A stretch of DNA of 64,000 nt from Planctomycetota bacterium (GTDB lineage: Bacteria; Planctomycetota; UBA1135; UBA2386), in NCBI GenBank assembly GCA_965228735.1, contig OZ245838.1, positions 1,312,001 to 1,376,000 on the forward strand, in the 5' to 3' direction. The translations under genes and the position numbers were made by a program. How positions within the stretch are numbered: the first letter of the stretch is position 1; each line of letters starts with the position of its first letter. Below the pieces are notes generated by a model. The model ran no database searches, was not told the DNA's origin, and saw nothing but the letters and a program-made list of their open reading frames with translations. Shown in pieces: positions 9,954 to 21,250 of the stretch.

Positions 9954-12900
9954 ATGCCGTTCCCCGGTCGCCGTCCGTTCGTCCTCGCCGTCGCTGCGAT
10001 TCTCAGTCTCGGCGCCGGCGCCTCTGCCCAGTGCCCGCCCGGTGCGCCGATGCCGACCGACCTCGCGTCGCTGTCCGCGGACCCGGTCGACGGCAGCCCG
10101 GCGCACGTGCGCTGGACGCTGGGCCGGAAGGCCATCGACGGCGGCGATCTCGCGACCGCTCGCGAGCATCTGCGGGCGGCGCTCGCGCTGCACCCTTGTT
10201 CGGCCGCGGTGCTGCTCGACCTGCTGCGCGCGAGCGCCGGGGACGCCGACCTGCTCGCCTACTGGACCGACCGCTTCGTGCGCGCCGCGACCGGACCGCG
10301 CGGCCGCCTGAAGCTCGACGGCCAGACCAAGAAGCTGCTGCCGGACGGCGTCGACCTCGGCCCGGCCCAGAAGCTCGCGCAGCAGCGCGCCGGCGCGATC
10401 GCGGAGCTCGCCCGCTTCGCGCAGAAGCAGCGCCCGAGCGGCGGCAGGAACGCGGCCCGCGCGCAGCTGCTCGCCTACGCGAGCGAGCTGCTCCTCGCCA
10501 TCGGTGACGGCACGCCGGGCCCGCTCGACGAAGTCGCGGACAAGGTGCGCCGCGCGCGGTCGGCGATCGAGCCCGACTACGACGAGGTGTTCGACGCGCT
10601 CGAACGCGTCATGCGCACGACCCCGACGGGCGGCGGCGGCGGCGAAGAGGACGCGACCGCGATCGAAGAACGCGCCCTGCGCGCGGCCCGCATCCTGGCC
10701 GGCCTCGCGCGCCAGGCCACCTTCAAGGACCTGCAGGGGCCACAGCCGCCCGACATGACCGCCATCGGCCGCCGCGCGCGCGAGTTCCTCGCGGGCAAGG
10801 ACGCGGACGCGCAGGGCGAAGCCAGGGTGTGGACGATCGCCGAGCTGGAAGCGCTCGACGAAGAACAGCGCGTCCAGTTCACCGACTCCCACGACACGTG
10901 GCGGCGACCCGGCGTCGCCGAGAGCCTGACGGGCAAGTATCGCATCGAGACCATCTGCGGGTTCGAGACACTGCTCGGCACGGCCCGCACCATCGAACTG
11001 CACCACGACCGCCTCGCCGGCCACTTCGGCAAGGACCCGTTCGGTTCCCGCCAGGGCATCGTGCGGATCGTGCCGGAGGACTCCGGGCTCGAGACCGAGG
11101 GCGCGCCGTACTGGTGGGCCGCCGGGTTTCAGAGCGGCGACCGCACGACCGTGCGGTTCGCGTGGAGCACGATCCCGCGGCTGGGCAAGGTCCTGACGCA
11201 CGAGCTCACGCACCGCTTCGACGGCGTCCTGCGCCCGTTCCTCGGCGCCTGGTACAAGGAAGGCCACGCGTCCTGGACCGGCGGTCACTACGCGCAGATG
11301 GCGGACACCGAGTTCGTCGAGGACCACCTCGACAAGGGCGCCGTCGACCAGACGTGGCGCAAGGACTACGGCCGGAAGCGCGAGTTCACGAAACTCATCG
11401 AGGGCACGATCGAGGAGTACCGCGACAACTATGCCGCGGGCTACGCGCTCTACTCGTATCTCCGCACGTTCCCGCCCGGCGAACGCCCGCTCTTCCGCGA
11501 CGCGCTCGAGCGCTACGAGAAGAACTCGCGGGCGGGACAGAAGAACCCGCTGCGCTACTTCGAGCAGACCTTCTGCGACGGCGAGAACGGCCGCCCCGAG
11601 TCGCTCGACGACTTCCTCGACGGCTGGCAGGCGTTCTTGAACGGGGTCGGCATGTGGCTCGTGCGCAACCGTGACGACAGCAACCGTTGGGTCGCGCGCT
11701 ACGGCAGCGTCGGCCCCGGCGACTCGGGCAAGAAGGTCTCGGATCGCCCGACCTGGTCGTGGGCGAGGAAGCGCGCGGAGCCGTTCTTCGGCCAGGATCA
11801 CGCCGCCGCGGCGACGCGTCTGCTCGCCGAGGTCGGAGATCACGCCGGCACGGTCGCGGCCGGCACGTGGTCGCTCACGGTCGACGGCTGGCGGCCGGAC
11901 ACGGTGACGCGCGCGGTGCACGCCGCGCAGCAGCTGCCGAGCAAGAGCTCGGCGCACGCGATCACCGCGCTGGCGCGCACGCGTTTTCCCGGCATCGGCA
12001 GCCCGCCGGCCACGCCGCTCGCGAGCCAGCTGGCGCGCACGAGCGGCTTCGTCACGGCACTCGCGGAGCGCGCGGTCGAGCTCGGCCAGGCCGGTCACAG
12101 CAAGGCCGCGACGGCGCTCGCCGCGGATCACGATCGGATCGCGCGCCTGCTCGATCTGCCGGCGCTCGACCGGGCCAGACTCCAGAGCGCGGCGGAATCC
12201 ACGCCGCCGCCGACCGTCGCGGAGTATCTCGGCGGCCACGGCTGGACCGAGTCGGGCCTCACGGGCTTCGAGGATCGCCGGCGCGAGGGCCTGTGGTACG
12301 TCGAACGGAACGGCGACGTGCACGTCGGTCGCGAGCGACCGCGCGAGACGACGGGTTCGGTCGATCGCCGCGCGCACCAGCGCGACGCGTTCGTGCACAC
12401 CGTGCGCTGGATCGCCCCGGGCAGCTACGTCCTGCGCGGGCGGGTCCACTTCACCACGTCGTACGTGCGCGGCGCGATCGTGTTCGGGCACGCCCGCCGC
12501 GACCGCGACCTGCGGCTGCGATTCACGTCGGGCGACTTCGAGTACGCGGTCGGCCGACGCGAGACGAGCCGCGCGTCCGGCAAGGTCTCGTTCCGCTTCG
12601 ACGGGCTCTGGGAACGCGACCCCGAGATGCCGCGCAACAACACCAACACGAGCGCCGAGGTCCGCGACGAAGCCGCGTGGTTCGACTACGAGATCGTCGT
12701 CCACGGGCCGCGCGTCGAGATCAAGATCAACGACGGCAAACGCAAGTCGATCCTGTACGCGGTGCACGACGGCGCGCCCATCGAGGGTCACGTCGGGTTC
12801 GCGATGGCGATGGGCGCGATCCGGGTGCAGGAACCGACGGTGCAGCGCCTCGACGCCGCCGACCCGCACGCGCTGATCGGCCTCGACATCGGCCGCCAGC

Positions 12901-13325
12901 CGACGCGGTCACTGACCGACCTCCTCGACCTGCCGACCCGCGGGCTGCCGACCGCCCCCGACGGCACGATCGTCGTGTGGATTCCGCCCGGCCGCGAGGA
13001 GCTCGCCGACATGACGATGCCGCGCGTGCTCCCGTCGCTCAGGGAGGCCGTCGGCGAGGCCCACGAGCACCCGCAGGAGTGGGTCCTCGTGGTGCCGGAG
13101 GGCCTCCCCGCCGAGGACCGGGCCGCGATCGCGGAGCAGCTGGCGGAGGTTCGCGGCACGGAGCTGCGGGTGCTCACGCACGCGATCGACGAACCGTTCG
13201 ACGGGCGCTACCCGTGGGTCCTGTTCGTCGACGGCCTCGGGGTGCTCCGCGCGGCCGCCAGCGCCGCGTCGCCCCACCTCTTCACCAAGGTCGCGCGCTG
13301 GTCCCGGCGCTTCCGCGGCCGCTGA
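9954..13325 (+). CDS. Large secreted multidomain protein with HExxH metallopeptidase-like motif
   Basis: Signal peptide ...[15 protein letters not shown] followed by WYKEG (gluzincin-like); beta-rich region near the C-terminus. Confidence 0.75.
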   Translation: MPFPGRRPFVLAVAAILSLGAGASAQCPPGAPMPTDLASLSADPVDGSPAHVRWTLGRKAIDGGDLATAREHLRAALALHPCSAAVLLDLLRASAGDADLLAYWTDRFVRAATGPRGRLKLDGQTKKLLPDGVDLGPAQKLAQQRAGAIAELARFAQKQRPSGGRNAARAQLLAYASELLLAIGDGTPGPLDEVADKVRRARSAIEPDYDEVFDALERVMRTTPTGGGGGEEDATAIEERALRAARILAGLARQATFKDLQGPQPPDMTAIGRRAREFLAGKDADAQGEARVWTIAELEALDEEQRVQFTDSHDTWRRPGVAESLTGKYRIETICGFETLLGTARTIELHHDRLAGHFGKDPFGSRQGIVRIVPEDSGLETEGAPYWWAAGFQSGDRTTVRFAWSTIPRLGKVLTHELTHRFDGVLRPFLGAWYKEGHASWTGGHYAQMADTEFVEDHLDKGAVDQTWRKDYGRKREFTKLIEGTIEEYRDNYAAGYALYSYLRTFPPGERPLFRDALERYEKNSRAGQKNPLRYFEQTFCDGENGRPESLDDFLDGWQAFLNGVGMWLVRNRDDSNRWVARYGSVGPGDSGKKVSDRPTWSWARKRAEPFFGQDHAAAATRLLAEVGDHAGTVAAGTWSLTVDGWRPDTVTRAVHAAQQLPSKSSAHAITALARTRFPGIGSPPATPLASQLARTSGFVTALAERAVELGQAGHSKAATALAADHDRIARLLDLPALDRARLQSAAESTPPPTVAEYLGGHGWTESGLTGFEDRRREGLWYVERNGDVHVGRERPRETTGSVDRRAHQRDAFVHTVRWIAPGSYVLRGRVHFTTSYVRGAIVFGHARRDRDLRLRFTSGDFEYAVGRRETSRASGKVSFRFDGLWERDPEMPRNNTNTSAEVRDEAAWFDYEIVVHGPRVEIKINDGKRKSILYAVHDGAPIEGHVGFAMAMGAIRVQEPTVQRLDAADPHALIGLDIGRQPTRSLTDLLDLPTRGLPTAPDGTIVVWIPPGREELADMTMPRVLPSLREAVGEAHEHPQEWVLVVPEGLPAEDRAAIAEQLAEVRGTELRVLTHAIDEPFDGRYPWVLFVDGLGVLRAAASAASPHLFTKVARWSRRFRGR

Positions 13326-13337
13326 GCCGAACGGGTC

Positions 13338-13366
13338 TTCAACCTGGCGAGGGCGGCTCCTATAAC
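13338..13366 (+). promoter_or_regulatory. Putative sigma70-like promoter of gcvP
   Basis: TTCAAC, 17-nt spacer, TATAAC ending 18 nt before the ATG. Confidence 0.45.
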
Positions 13367-13384
13367 GTTCGCCCCCGCAATCGC

Positions 13385-16240
13385 ATGGCCAGCACAAGTA
13401 CTCGCTTTCCCCGCCTCGACAACTTCGTGAGCCGACACCTCGGCCCGAGCGAATCCGAGCTCGCGGCGATGCTGCAGACGCTCGGGTGCAAGGACCTCGA
13501 AGAACTCACCGACAAGGCGATCCCCGGCAAGATCCGCTGGTCGGGCGAGCTGCAGCTGCCGGCCGCGCGCAGCGAACGCGACGCGCTCGCCGACCTCACG
13601 GCGCTGGCCGCGCAGAACGAGGTCCACCGCAGCTACATCGGGATGGGCTACCACGGCACGCTGACGCCGGCGGTCATCCAGCGCAACATCCTCGAGAATC
13701 CGGGCTGGTACACGCAATACACCCCCTACCAGGCCGAGATCTCGCAGGGCCGCCTCGAGGCGCTGCTGAACTATCAGACGCTCGTCATCGACCTCACGGG
13801 CCTCGAGGTCGCGAACAGCTCGCTGCTCGACGAGGCGACGGCGGCCGCCGAAGCGATGGCGATGAGCCACCGGCTGCACAAGGGCAAGGCCGAGACGTTC
13901 TTCGTGGACCGCAACTGCCACCCGCAGACGCTCGCGGTCGTGCAGCAGCGCGCCGAGCCGCTCGGCATCCAGGTGCAGGTCGGCGACCCCGAAACGGCCA
14001 CGTTCGGCGACGAGCACTTCGGCGTGCTGCTCTACTACCCGGGCAGCGACGGCACCGTCAAAGACCTGACCGGGACCATCGGCAAGGCCAAGGCCGCCGG
14101 CGCGTACAGCACGGTCGTCGCCGACCTGCTCGCCCTCTGCGTGCTCAAGCCGCCGGGCGAGATGGGCGCCGACATCGTGTGCGGCAGCTCGCAGCGTTTC
14201 GGCGTGCCGCTCGGCTACGGCGGCCCGCACGCGGGCTACATGGTCGCGACGAAGGAGTTCCAGCGCCAGCTGCCGGGCCGCATCGTCGGCATGACGATCG
14301 ACGCGACCGGCAAGCCCGCGCTGCGCCTCGCGCTCGGGACCCGCGAGCAGCACATCCGTCGCGAACGCGCGACCTCCAACATCTGCACGGCGCAGGTGCT
14401 GCTCGCCGTCATGGCCAGCATGTATGCCGTCTATCACGGCCCCGAGGGCCTGACGGCGATCGCCGAGCGCGTGCGCGCGCAGACCGACTGCCTCGCCGAC
14501 AGCCTCGCGCAGCTCGGCCACGACGTGCAGGGCGGCCTGCGCTTCGACACGATCCGCGTGCGGCCGAGGGACGACGCGCAGAAGGTGCTCGCCGCGGCGG
14601 AGCAGAACGGCATCAACTTCCGTGACTTCGGCGACGGCAGCCTCGGGATCACGCTCGACGAGACGGTGGACGACGAGGACCTCGTGGACATCCTCGCGGC
14701 GTTCGGCGGCTCGGCGGATGCGCTCGGCAACGCCGAGCCCCAGGACCTCGGCGCTCTCGCCCGCACGGCCGCGTTCTGCGAGCACCCGACGTTCCACAGC
14801 TACCGCAGCGAGCACGAGATCCTGCGCTACATGCACCGGCTGCAGCAGCGCGACCTGTCGCTGACGACGTCGATGATCCCGCTCGGCTCGTGCACGATGA
14901 AGCTCAACGCGACGACCGAGATGTATCCGGTCTCGCTGCCGGGCTTCGGCGGCATCCACCCGTTCGCCCCGGTCTCGCAGACCAAGGGCTACCAGACGCT
15001 GTTCGACAACCTGGAGAACTGGCTCAACGAGATCACCGGCTTCGACGGCTGCTCGCTGCAGCCCAACGCCGGCTCGCAGGGCGAGTACTCGGGCCTGTCG
15101 ATCATCCGGGCCTACCACCGCAGCAACGGTCAGGAGCAGCGCGACATCTGCCTGATCCCGAGCAGCGCGCACGGCACCAACCCGGCTACCGCTTCGATGT
15201 GCGGCATGACGGTCGTCGTCGTGAAGTGCGACGACGACGGCAACATCGACATGGCGGACCTCAACAAGAAGGCCGCCGAACACCAGGACCGCCTCGCGGC
15301 GCTGATGGTGACCTACCCGTCGACGCACGGCGTGTTCGAGGAGGCGATCCAGCAGATCTGCGCGGTCGTCCACGAGCACGGCGGCCAGGTCTACATGGAC
15401 GGCGCCAACATGAACGCGCAGGTCGGCCTGCTGCGACCGGGCGACCTCGGCGCCGACGTGTGCCACCTCAACCTGCACAAGACGTTCTGCATCCCGCACG
15501 GCGGCGGCGGCCCGGGCATGGGCCCGATCTGCTGCAAGGCGCACCTGGCGCCGTTCCTGCCCGGTCACCCCGTGATCGAGACGGGCGGCGAGAAGGCGAT
15601 CGGCGCCGTGAGCGCGGCGCCGTGGGGCAGCGCATCGATCCTCACGATCAGCTACGCCTACATCGCGATGATGGGCCCCGAGGGTCTGCGGCGCGCGACG
15701 CAGGTCGCGATCGCGGGCGCGAACTACATCGCCAAACGGCTCGAGGGCCACTACCCCGTGCTCTACACGGGCCAGAACGGCATGGTCGCGCACGAGTGCA
15801 TCGTCGACGTGCGCGACCTCAAGAAGTCGGCCGGCATCGAGGTCGGTGACATCGCGAAGCGCCTGATGGACTACGGCTTCCACGCGCCGACCGTCAGCTT
15901 CCCGGTCGCGGGCACGATGATGATCGAGCCGACCGAGAGCGAGTCGCAGGCCGAGATGGACCGCTTCTGCGACGCGCTGATCGCGATCCGCGAGGAGATC
16001 CGCGCGATCGAGGACGGCAAGGCCGACCGCGAGACCAACGTCGTCAAGGGCGCGCCGCACACCGCCGAGGCGGTCACGAGCGACAGCTGGGACAAGCCCT
16101 ACTCGCGCGAGCAGGCCGCGTTCCCGGCACCGTGGACCAAGGAGCACAAGTTCTGGCCCGCGGTCGCGCGCGTCAACGACGTGCACGGCGACCGCAACCT
16201 CGTCTGCGCGTGCCCGCCGGTCGAGGCCTACGAGGCCTGA
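13385..16240 (+). CDS. gcvP: Glycine dehydrogenase (decarboxylating), single-chain P protein
   Basis: [72 protein letters not shown]. Start set at ATG 13385. Confidence 0.98.
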   Translation: MASTSTRFPRLDNFVSRHLGPSESELAAMLQTLGCKDLEELTDKAIPGKIRWSGELQLPAARSERDALADLTALAAQNEVHRSYIGMGYHGTLTPAVIQRNILENPGWYTQYTPYQAEISQGRLEALLNYQTLVIDLTGLEVANSSLLDEATAAAEAMAMSHRLHKGKAETFFVDRNCHPQTLAVVQQRAEPLGIQVQVGDPETATFGDEHFGVLLYYPGSDGTVKDLTGTIGKAKAAGAYSTVVADLLALCVLKPPGEMGADIVCGSSQRFGVPLGYGGPHAGYMVATKEFQRQLPGRIVGMTIDATGKPALRLALGTREQHIRRERATSNICTAQVLLAVMASMYAVYHGPEGLTAIAERVRAQTDCLADSLAQLGHDVQGGLRFDTIRVRPRDDAQKVLAAAEQNGINFRDFGDGSLGITLDETVDDEDLVDILAAFGGSADALGNAEPQDLGALARTAAFCEHPTFHSYRSEHEILRYMHRLQQRDLSLTTSMIPLGSCTMKLNATTEMYPVSLPGFGGIHPFAPVSQTKGYQTLFDNLENWLNEITGFDGCSLQPNAGSQGEYSGLSIIRAYHRSNGQEQRDICLIPSSAHGTNPATASMCGMTVVVVKCDDDGNIDMADLNKKAAEHQDRLAALMVTYPSTHGVFEEAIQQICAVVHEHGGQVYMDGANMNAQVGLLRPGDLGADVCHLNLHKTFCIPHGGGGPGMGPICCKAHLAPFLPGHPVIETGGEKAIGAVSAAPWGSASILTISYAYIAMMGPEGLRRATQVAIAGANYIAKRLEGHYPVLYTGQNGMVAHECIVDVRDLKKSAGIEVGDIAKRLMDYGFHAPTVSFPVAGTMMIEPTESESQAEMDRFCDALIAIREEIRAIEDGKADRETNVVKGAPHTAEAVTSDSWDKPYSREQAAFPAPWTKEHKFWPAVARVNDVHGDRNLVCACPPVEAYEA

Positions 16241-16297
16241 GCCCTGACCTGCCGGGTCACCGGCGGCTCACCGCCGGGCCCCTGCGGGCGGCCCCCG

Positions 16298-17482
16298 CTA
16301 CTGCCAGGCGTGCAGGGCCTCGGCGACGGTCGGCGTCGGATCGCCGCTCCAGCTGTGCGGCGGGTTGATGCCGAAGTCGCCCGTGTGGCAGAACGAGGTC
16401 GCGCGGAACGGCGAGTTGTTCAGCACGAACTCGCTGCGCGGCACGAACAACAGGATCGAATCGCCACGGACGATGAATCGCGCGGCGGTCGGCACCGTCG
16501 AGATCGAGTTACCGGCTCCCACCGTCTTGCACGTCGCGGACCACCCGCCCGTCGGCGTGTAGTTGAGTTCGTACCAGCGGTCCGTGCCGTCGTAGAAGTC
16601 GTTCGGGAAGCTCGGGCTCGCGGCGTAGTTGTTCGCGACGTTCGCGTCCGAGTCCACGACGAACGCATAGGTGTAGCGCTGGGTCTGGTCGTTCAGCGGC
16701 ACGGCCTCCGATACGGACATCCAGAACGTGCAGTACTCCCCTTCGGTCAGCGGCAGGGTCGGCGTCCCCGCAACGGTGTAGCCGTTCGGCCCCTGCCCAT
16801 CGGGGAACGGCACGTTGTCCTGCGTGCCCTCGAACGTCGCGGCCAGCTGGGCCAGGCTCCAGAACAGGACCATCGCGCCCATGAGGCGAATCTCGGTGAT
16901 CAGACTCGGCAGCTTCGGCGGCACGAGAGCCGAGCTGTGCCGCGTCAGCACGGCGATCGGCGCGAGGACCGTGGCGGTGAACCAGAGCAGCTGCAGCTGC
17001 GGGTTGCCGAACAGTGCGAACATCGCCCCGACGTCACTGTTGAACGCGGCGTTCACCCATTCGATCGTGAAGTTCTGGACCAGGCCCGAGACGACGAGCT
17101 CGGCGATCACGACGACCGACAACGTCGCCAGCAGCACGGCGGCGGGTAATGCGCGCACGAAGACCTGCCGGGACTCACCCGGTGCGAGCACGACCTCGGA
17201 CTGATCGGCCTCGATGTCGGTGCCCTGCACCCGGAACCGGATGTCGCCATCGACGGTCCCGGCCGCCAGCGTGTTCGTCAAGACGATCGTGCCGAGCGCG
17301 ACCGCGGCGACGGCCAGCGGGCTCAGCAGGACACGACCGCCCCCCGTTACGGTAGCCGAGACGCTGCCGGGGCCGGCGCCGCCCGGAGTCCCGGAGCCAC
17401 CGCTGCTGTGGAAACAACCGCCGACGAACAGCAGCGCGAACAGCAGCGTGAACAGGACGGGGCACGAACGGAGGAGATTCAT
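16298..17482 (-). CDS. Hypothetical protein, probable lipoprotein
   Basis: Hydrophobic leader ending VGG|C, then a G/S linker; no family recognised. Confidence 0.75.
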   Translation of the reverse strand: MNLLRSCPVLFTLLFALLFVGGCFHSSGGSGTPGGAGPGSVSATVTGGGRVLLSPLAVAAVALGTIVLTNTLAAGTVDGDIRFRVQGTDIEADQSEVVLAPGESRQVFVRALPAAVLLATLSVVVIAELVVSGLVQNFTIEWVNAAFNSDVGAMFALFGNPQLQLLWFTATVLAPIAVLTRHSSALVPPKLPSLITEIRLMGAMVLFWSLAQLAATFEGTQDNVPFPDGQGPNGYTVAGTPTLPLTEGEYCTFWMSVSEAVPLNDQTQRYTYAFVVDSDANVANNYAASPSFPNDFYDGTDRWYELNYTPTGGWSATCKTVGAGNSISTVPTAARFIVRGDSILLFVPRSEFVLNNSPFRATSFCHTGDFGINPPHSWSGDPTPTVAEALHAWQ

Positions 17483-17640
17483 GTCCCCAGAGGCGAGATC
17501 CGTGCCGCTCGACCGCCCGGGTTTTCCCCGCCGCGCGCCCGATCCGGATCGAACGGCCCACCGAACGATCCTGGCATTGGCGCGGCAGGTTTCTCACAAT
17601 GCCCGGCCACAACACTCGTAGAGTCCTCCGGAGACCCTGC

Positions 17641-18381
17641 ATGACCGATACCGAGTCGCAAAGTCAGACCCCGTCGCCCCCTGCTGCCGCGCCGCAGAAG
17701 CCGGCCGCAGAGCCGGCTCACATGGCGGAGAACGTCATCATCCGGCCGTGGCCGAAGGTCGTGTTCCTGTATCCGACGTTCGTCTGCGCGACGATCTTCT
17801 TCCTGCTGTCGTGGCTGGAGCTCGTCACGCCATCGACGCTCGGCAACGTGTTCATGGGCGTGTTCTTCCTGAACCTGCTCGTGTTCTCGTTCGACTTCTC
17901 CCGCATCAAGTCGATCACGATCGTGATCGCCATCGTCGCAGTCGTGCTCGGCGTTCTCTGGGTCGACAGTCAGTGGAAGATCACCGACTTCCTCGGCAAT
18001 GTCGCGGAATCGGTCGACATCCAGATGAACTCGGCGTTCTACGGCTTCCTGAGCGCCGGCCTCGGCTTCCTGCTGCTGCTCGTGTTCATCAACACGCGCT
18101 TCAACTACTACGAGGTCAACGCGCGCGAGGTCATCCATCACCACGGTTACCTCGGCGACACCCAGCGGTGGTCCACCGAGGGCCTCGAGATGAACAAGGA
18201 GATCTACGACATTGCGGAGTACATCCTGCTCCGCAGCGGTCGCCTGGTCTTCCAGCCGATGACGAGCAAGAAGGCGATCGTGCTCGACAACGTGCCGAAC
18301 GTGACGCGCATCGAGAAGTCGACGAACGACCTGTTGAGCCACATCGCGGTCCGCATCAACCAGCGACCCGGGCCGGGCTAA
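17641..18381 (+). CDS. Membrane protein (about 4 TM) with possible C-terminal bacterial PH-like domain
   Basis: GGAG RBS before ATG 17641; hydrophobic helices followed by YYEVNAREVIHHHGYLG...GRLVF...LDNVPNV. Confidence 0.75.
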   Translation: MTDTESQSQTPSPPAAAPQKPAAEPAHMAENVIIRPWPKVVFLYPTFVCATIFFLLSWLELVTPSTLGNVFMGVFFLNLLVFSFDFSRIKSITIVIAIVAVVLGVLWVDSQWKITDFLGNVAESVDIQMNSAFYGFLSAGLGFLLLLVFINTRFNYYEVNAREVIHHHGYLGDTQRWSTEGLEMNKEIYDIAEYILLRSGRLVFQPMTSKKAIVLDNVPNVTRIEKSTNDLLSHIAVRINQRPGPG

Positions 18382-18403
18382 CTGCCGGGCCCACCCCCCG
18401 ATC

Positions 18404-19609
18404 GTGCAGCTCCCCTCGGACGGCGACCACACGGGTCGCACCCTCGGCCAGGAAGAACTCGACCGCCTCACGAAAGTCGTCGCGAGCGGCACGCTGAACT
18501 CCACCAAGGGCTCGGCCGTCACGGAGTTCGAGCGGTCGTTCGCGCGCTGGCTCGGCACTTCGCACGCGATCGCCTGCGCGTCGGGTTCTGCCGCCGTGCA
18601 CTGCGCGATCACGGCGATCGGGTTGCGAGCCGGCGACGAGGTGATCACCACGCCCATCACCGACATGGGCGCCCTGACCCCGATCCTCTACGAGGGCGGC
18701 GTCCCGGTGTTCTGCGACGTCGATCCGGTCACCCTCAACGTCACCGCCGACACGATCCGGGCCCAGCTCACCGATCGCACGCGCGCCATCGTCGTCACGC
18801 ACCTCTTCGGCATGCCGTGCGCGATGGACGACATCGCCGCGGTCGCGAGCGAACGCGACCTGCCGATCATCGAGGACTGCGCGCAGGCGTACGGCGCGAC
18901 CTGGCGGGGCCGCAAGGTCGGCACGCTCGGCCAGATCGCGTGCTTCTCGCTGCAGCAAGGCAAGCACATCACGACCGGCGAAGGCGGGTTCGTCACGGCC
19001 TCCGACGACGACGTCGCGCGGCGCCTGTTCCTCGCCGTGAACAAGGCCTGGGGCTACGGCGACGAACGACCCGACCACTACTTCCCGGCGCTCAACTATC
19101 GGCTCAGTGAACTGCAAGGCGCGGTCGGGCTCGCGCAACTCGACAAGCTCGATGACGTCATCGCGCGGCGCCGCGCCGTCGCGGGCCAGCTGCGCGAGCG
19201 TCTCGCAAGCGTGCCCGGGCTGATCCTGCCAAGGGACACGGAGCACACCGAACACGCCTGGTGGAAGTTCGCGTTCCACGTCGACTCCGAACGCGTCCCC
19301 GGCGGCGCGGTCGAGCTCGGCGGCCGGATGCGCGCCCAGGGTGTCGCGTGCGCGCCGCGCTACGTGCAAAAACCCGCGTTCGAATGCGCGCTCTTCCAGG
19401 ACTGGTCGCGTTCGCCCGTCACCGCGATGCCGCTGCAGCACAACCCGCGCCGCGACGGCCCGCAGCCTCCGTTCGACCGTCGGGACTACCCCGGCGCGGT
19501 GCAGGGTCTCGACAGCGTCATCGTCCTGCCGATCAACGAGAACTACGAACCCGCGCACGTCGATCACGTCGCGCGCGTGATCGCATCGGCGGTCGAGGGC
19601 CGTGACTGA
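18404..19609 (+). CDS. DegT/DnrJ/EryC1/StrS PLP-dependent sugar aminotransferase
   Basis: SGSAAVH, GDEVITTP, IIEDCAQAYG, FSLQQGKHITTGEGG, NYRLSELQGAVG. Confidence 0.95.
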   Translation: MQLPSDGDHTGRTLGQEELDRLTKVVASGTLNSTKGSAVTEFERSFARWLGTSHAIACASGSAAVHCAITAIGLRAGDEVITTPITDMGALTPILYEGGVPVFCDVDPVTLNVTADTIRAQLTDRTRAIVVTHLFGMPCAMDDIAAVASERDLPIIEDCAQAYGATWRGRKVGTLGQIACFSLQQGKHITTGEGGFVTASDDDVARRLFLAVNKAWGYGDERPDHYFPALNYRLSELQGAVGLAQLDKLDDVIARRRAVAGQLRERLASVPGLILPRDTEHTEHAWWKFAFHVDSERVPGGAVELGGRMRAQGVACAPRYVQKPAFECALFQDWSRSPVTAMPLQHNPRRDGPQPPFDRRDYPGAVQGLDSVIVLPINENYEPAHVDHVARVIASAVEGRD

Positions 19610-20612
19610 TTCGGCCGCACCACTGCCGACGCTGCTCGTCGGCTGCGGCTTGATCGCCCGCGCCTACGTCGACGCGCTCGCGCGCACGCCGGAGCTGGAG
19701 CTCGTCGGCGTGATCGACCCCGACGCGGCAGCGCGCGCCCGCATCGCCAATGCGACCGATCCGGCCGTGCCGGCGTTCGCCGATCTCGACAGCGCGTTCG
19801 TCGCCGGCGTGGAGCCGCAGGCCGCGCTCGTCCTGACCCCACCGAACACGCACGAGGCGATCGCGACCGACCTCCTCGGCCGCGGCCTGCACGTGCTGTG
19901 CGAGAAGCCGCTCGCGCCCACGCTCGCCGCCGCCGGCCGCATGATCGCCGCCGCGCGAGCCGCCGACCGTCGCCTCATGATGGGCAGCAAGTTCCGCTAC
20001 ACCGCCGATGTGCTCGCGGCGCGGCGGCTGCTCGACGACGACTACTGCGGCGACATCGTGCTCTACGAGAACGTGTTCTGCGCGCCCGTCGACATGGCCG
20101 ACCGCTGGAACGCCCACCCGCGAACGAGCGGTGGCGGCGTGCTCATCGACAATGGCTGCCACTCGGTCGACGTCGCGCGCTACCTCCTCGGTCCGATCGC
20201 GCGGGTCCAGGCGCAGTTCGGCCGCGTCACGCAGGACATCATGGTCGAGGACACCGCGCGGCTGCTGTTCGAGAGCAAGAGCGGCGCGCTCGGCTCGATC
20301 GACCTGTCGTGGAGCGTGCACAAGGCGACGGCGGCCTACGTTCGGATCCACGGCACCCGCGGCACGATCGAGATCGGCTGGCAGGAGTCGCGCTGCCAGG
20401 AGGTGCAGAGCGCCGAATGGCATCGCTTCGGCGACGGCTACGACAAGGTCAGCGCATTCGCCGCCCAGCTCGGCGACTTCGCCACGGTCGCCCGCACGGG
20501 CGCCCCCGGCAACATCGACGACGACGACGCGCTCGCGTCCGTCGCCGTGATCGAACGCGCCTACGAGTCCCAGCGCGAAGAACGCTGGCTGCCGATCGAG
20601 GGCGACGCGTGA
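19602..20612 (+). CDS. Gfo/Idh/MocA NAD-dependent oxidoreductase
   Basis: VGCGLIA Rossmann motif, HVLCEKP, GGGVLIDNGCHSVD; overlaps both neighbours. Confidence 0.93.
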   Translation: MTDSAAPLPTLLVGCGLIARAYVDALARTPELELVGVIDPDAAARARIANATDPAVPAFADLDSAFVAGVEPQAALVLTPPNTHEAIATDLLGRGLHVLCEKPLAPTLAAAGRMIAAARAADRRLMMGSKFRYTADVLAARRLLDDDYCGDIVLYENVFCAPVDMADRWNAHPRTSGGGVLIDNGCHSVDVARYLLGPIARVQAQFGRVTQDIMVEDTARLLFESKSGALGSIDLSWSVHKATAAYVRIHGTRGTIEIGWQESRCQEVQSAEWHRFGDGYDKVSAFAAQLGDFATVARTGAPGNIDDDDALASVAVIERAYESQREERWLPIEGDA

Positions 20613-21202
20613 GCGGCCCCCGCATTCATCCGACGGCGATCGTCGAGGACGACGTCACGATCGGGGACGGCACCGCGATCTGGGACCACGCCCACCTGCG
20701 AGAGGGCGCCGTCGTCGGCCGCGACTGCATCATCGGCGAGAAGACCTGCATCGCGGGCGGCGCCCGCATCGGTGATCTCTGCAAGCTCAACACGGCGGTC
20801 TACGTCTGCGCCGGCGTCACGATCGCGGACGGCGTCATGGTCGCCGCGCACGTGGTGTTCACCAACGAGCTCGCACCGCGCGCGACCGATCCGGAGGTGC
20901 AGTCGCTGCGCGAAAGCTCCGCCACGGCCCGCACGCTCACGACGACGGTCGAACGCGGCGCGACCATCGGCGCCAACGCGACGATCGGCCCCGGGCTCAC
21001 GATCGGAGCGTGGTGCATGGTCGGCATGGGCAGCGTCGTGACCCGCGACGTCCCGCCCCACACCCTCGTCGCCGGTAACCCGGCAACGGTCCGCGGCATC
21101 GTGTGCCGCTGCGGCGAGGTGCTGGCGCGCGGCGCGGCCGACGACCTGCGCGCCGGGAACCACCGGTGCGCCTGCGGCCTCGAGATCAGCTGGCAGCCGT
21201 GA
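20609..21202 (+). CDS. Hexapeptide-repeat acyltransferase (WbpD/WxcM-like)
   Basis: GTG overlapping the upstream TGA; IHPTAIVE, VFTNE..PR, GATIGANATI, GSVVTRDVP, AGNPA, C-terminal CRCG. Confidence 0.92.
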   Translation: MSGPRIHPTAIVEDDVTIGDGTAIWDHAHLREGAVVGRDCIIGEKTCIAGGARIGDLCKLNTAVYVCAGVTIADGVMVAAHVVFTNELAPRATDPEVQSLRESSATARTLTTTVERGATIGANATIGPGLTIGAWCMVGMGSVVTRDVPPHTLVAGNPATVRGIVCRCGEVLARGAADDLRAGNHRCACGLEISWQP

Positions 21203-21250
21203 TTCCGCGCGCCTTGGCGCCGGCCGCCGCGGCCGCCCCGGCGGCCGCTC

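Noticed and set aside
11687..13384. Apparent 566-aa N-terminal extension of GcvP
   Set aside because: Out-of-frame overlap with the upstream gene; GcvP similarity starts at ATG 13385, which has its own promoter-like sequence.
13326..13384. Glycine riboswitch upstream of gcvP
   Set aside because: The intergenic space is only 59 bp and shows no recognisable aptamer.
16241..16297. GC hairpins between convergent gcvP and the lipoprotein gene
   Set aside because: Short stems without U-tracts; not enough to call a terminator.
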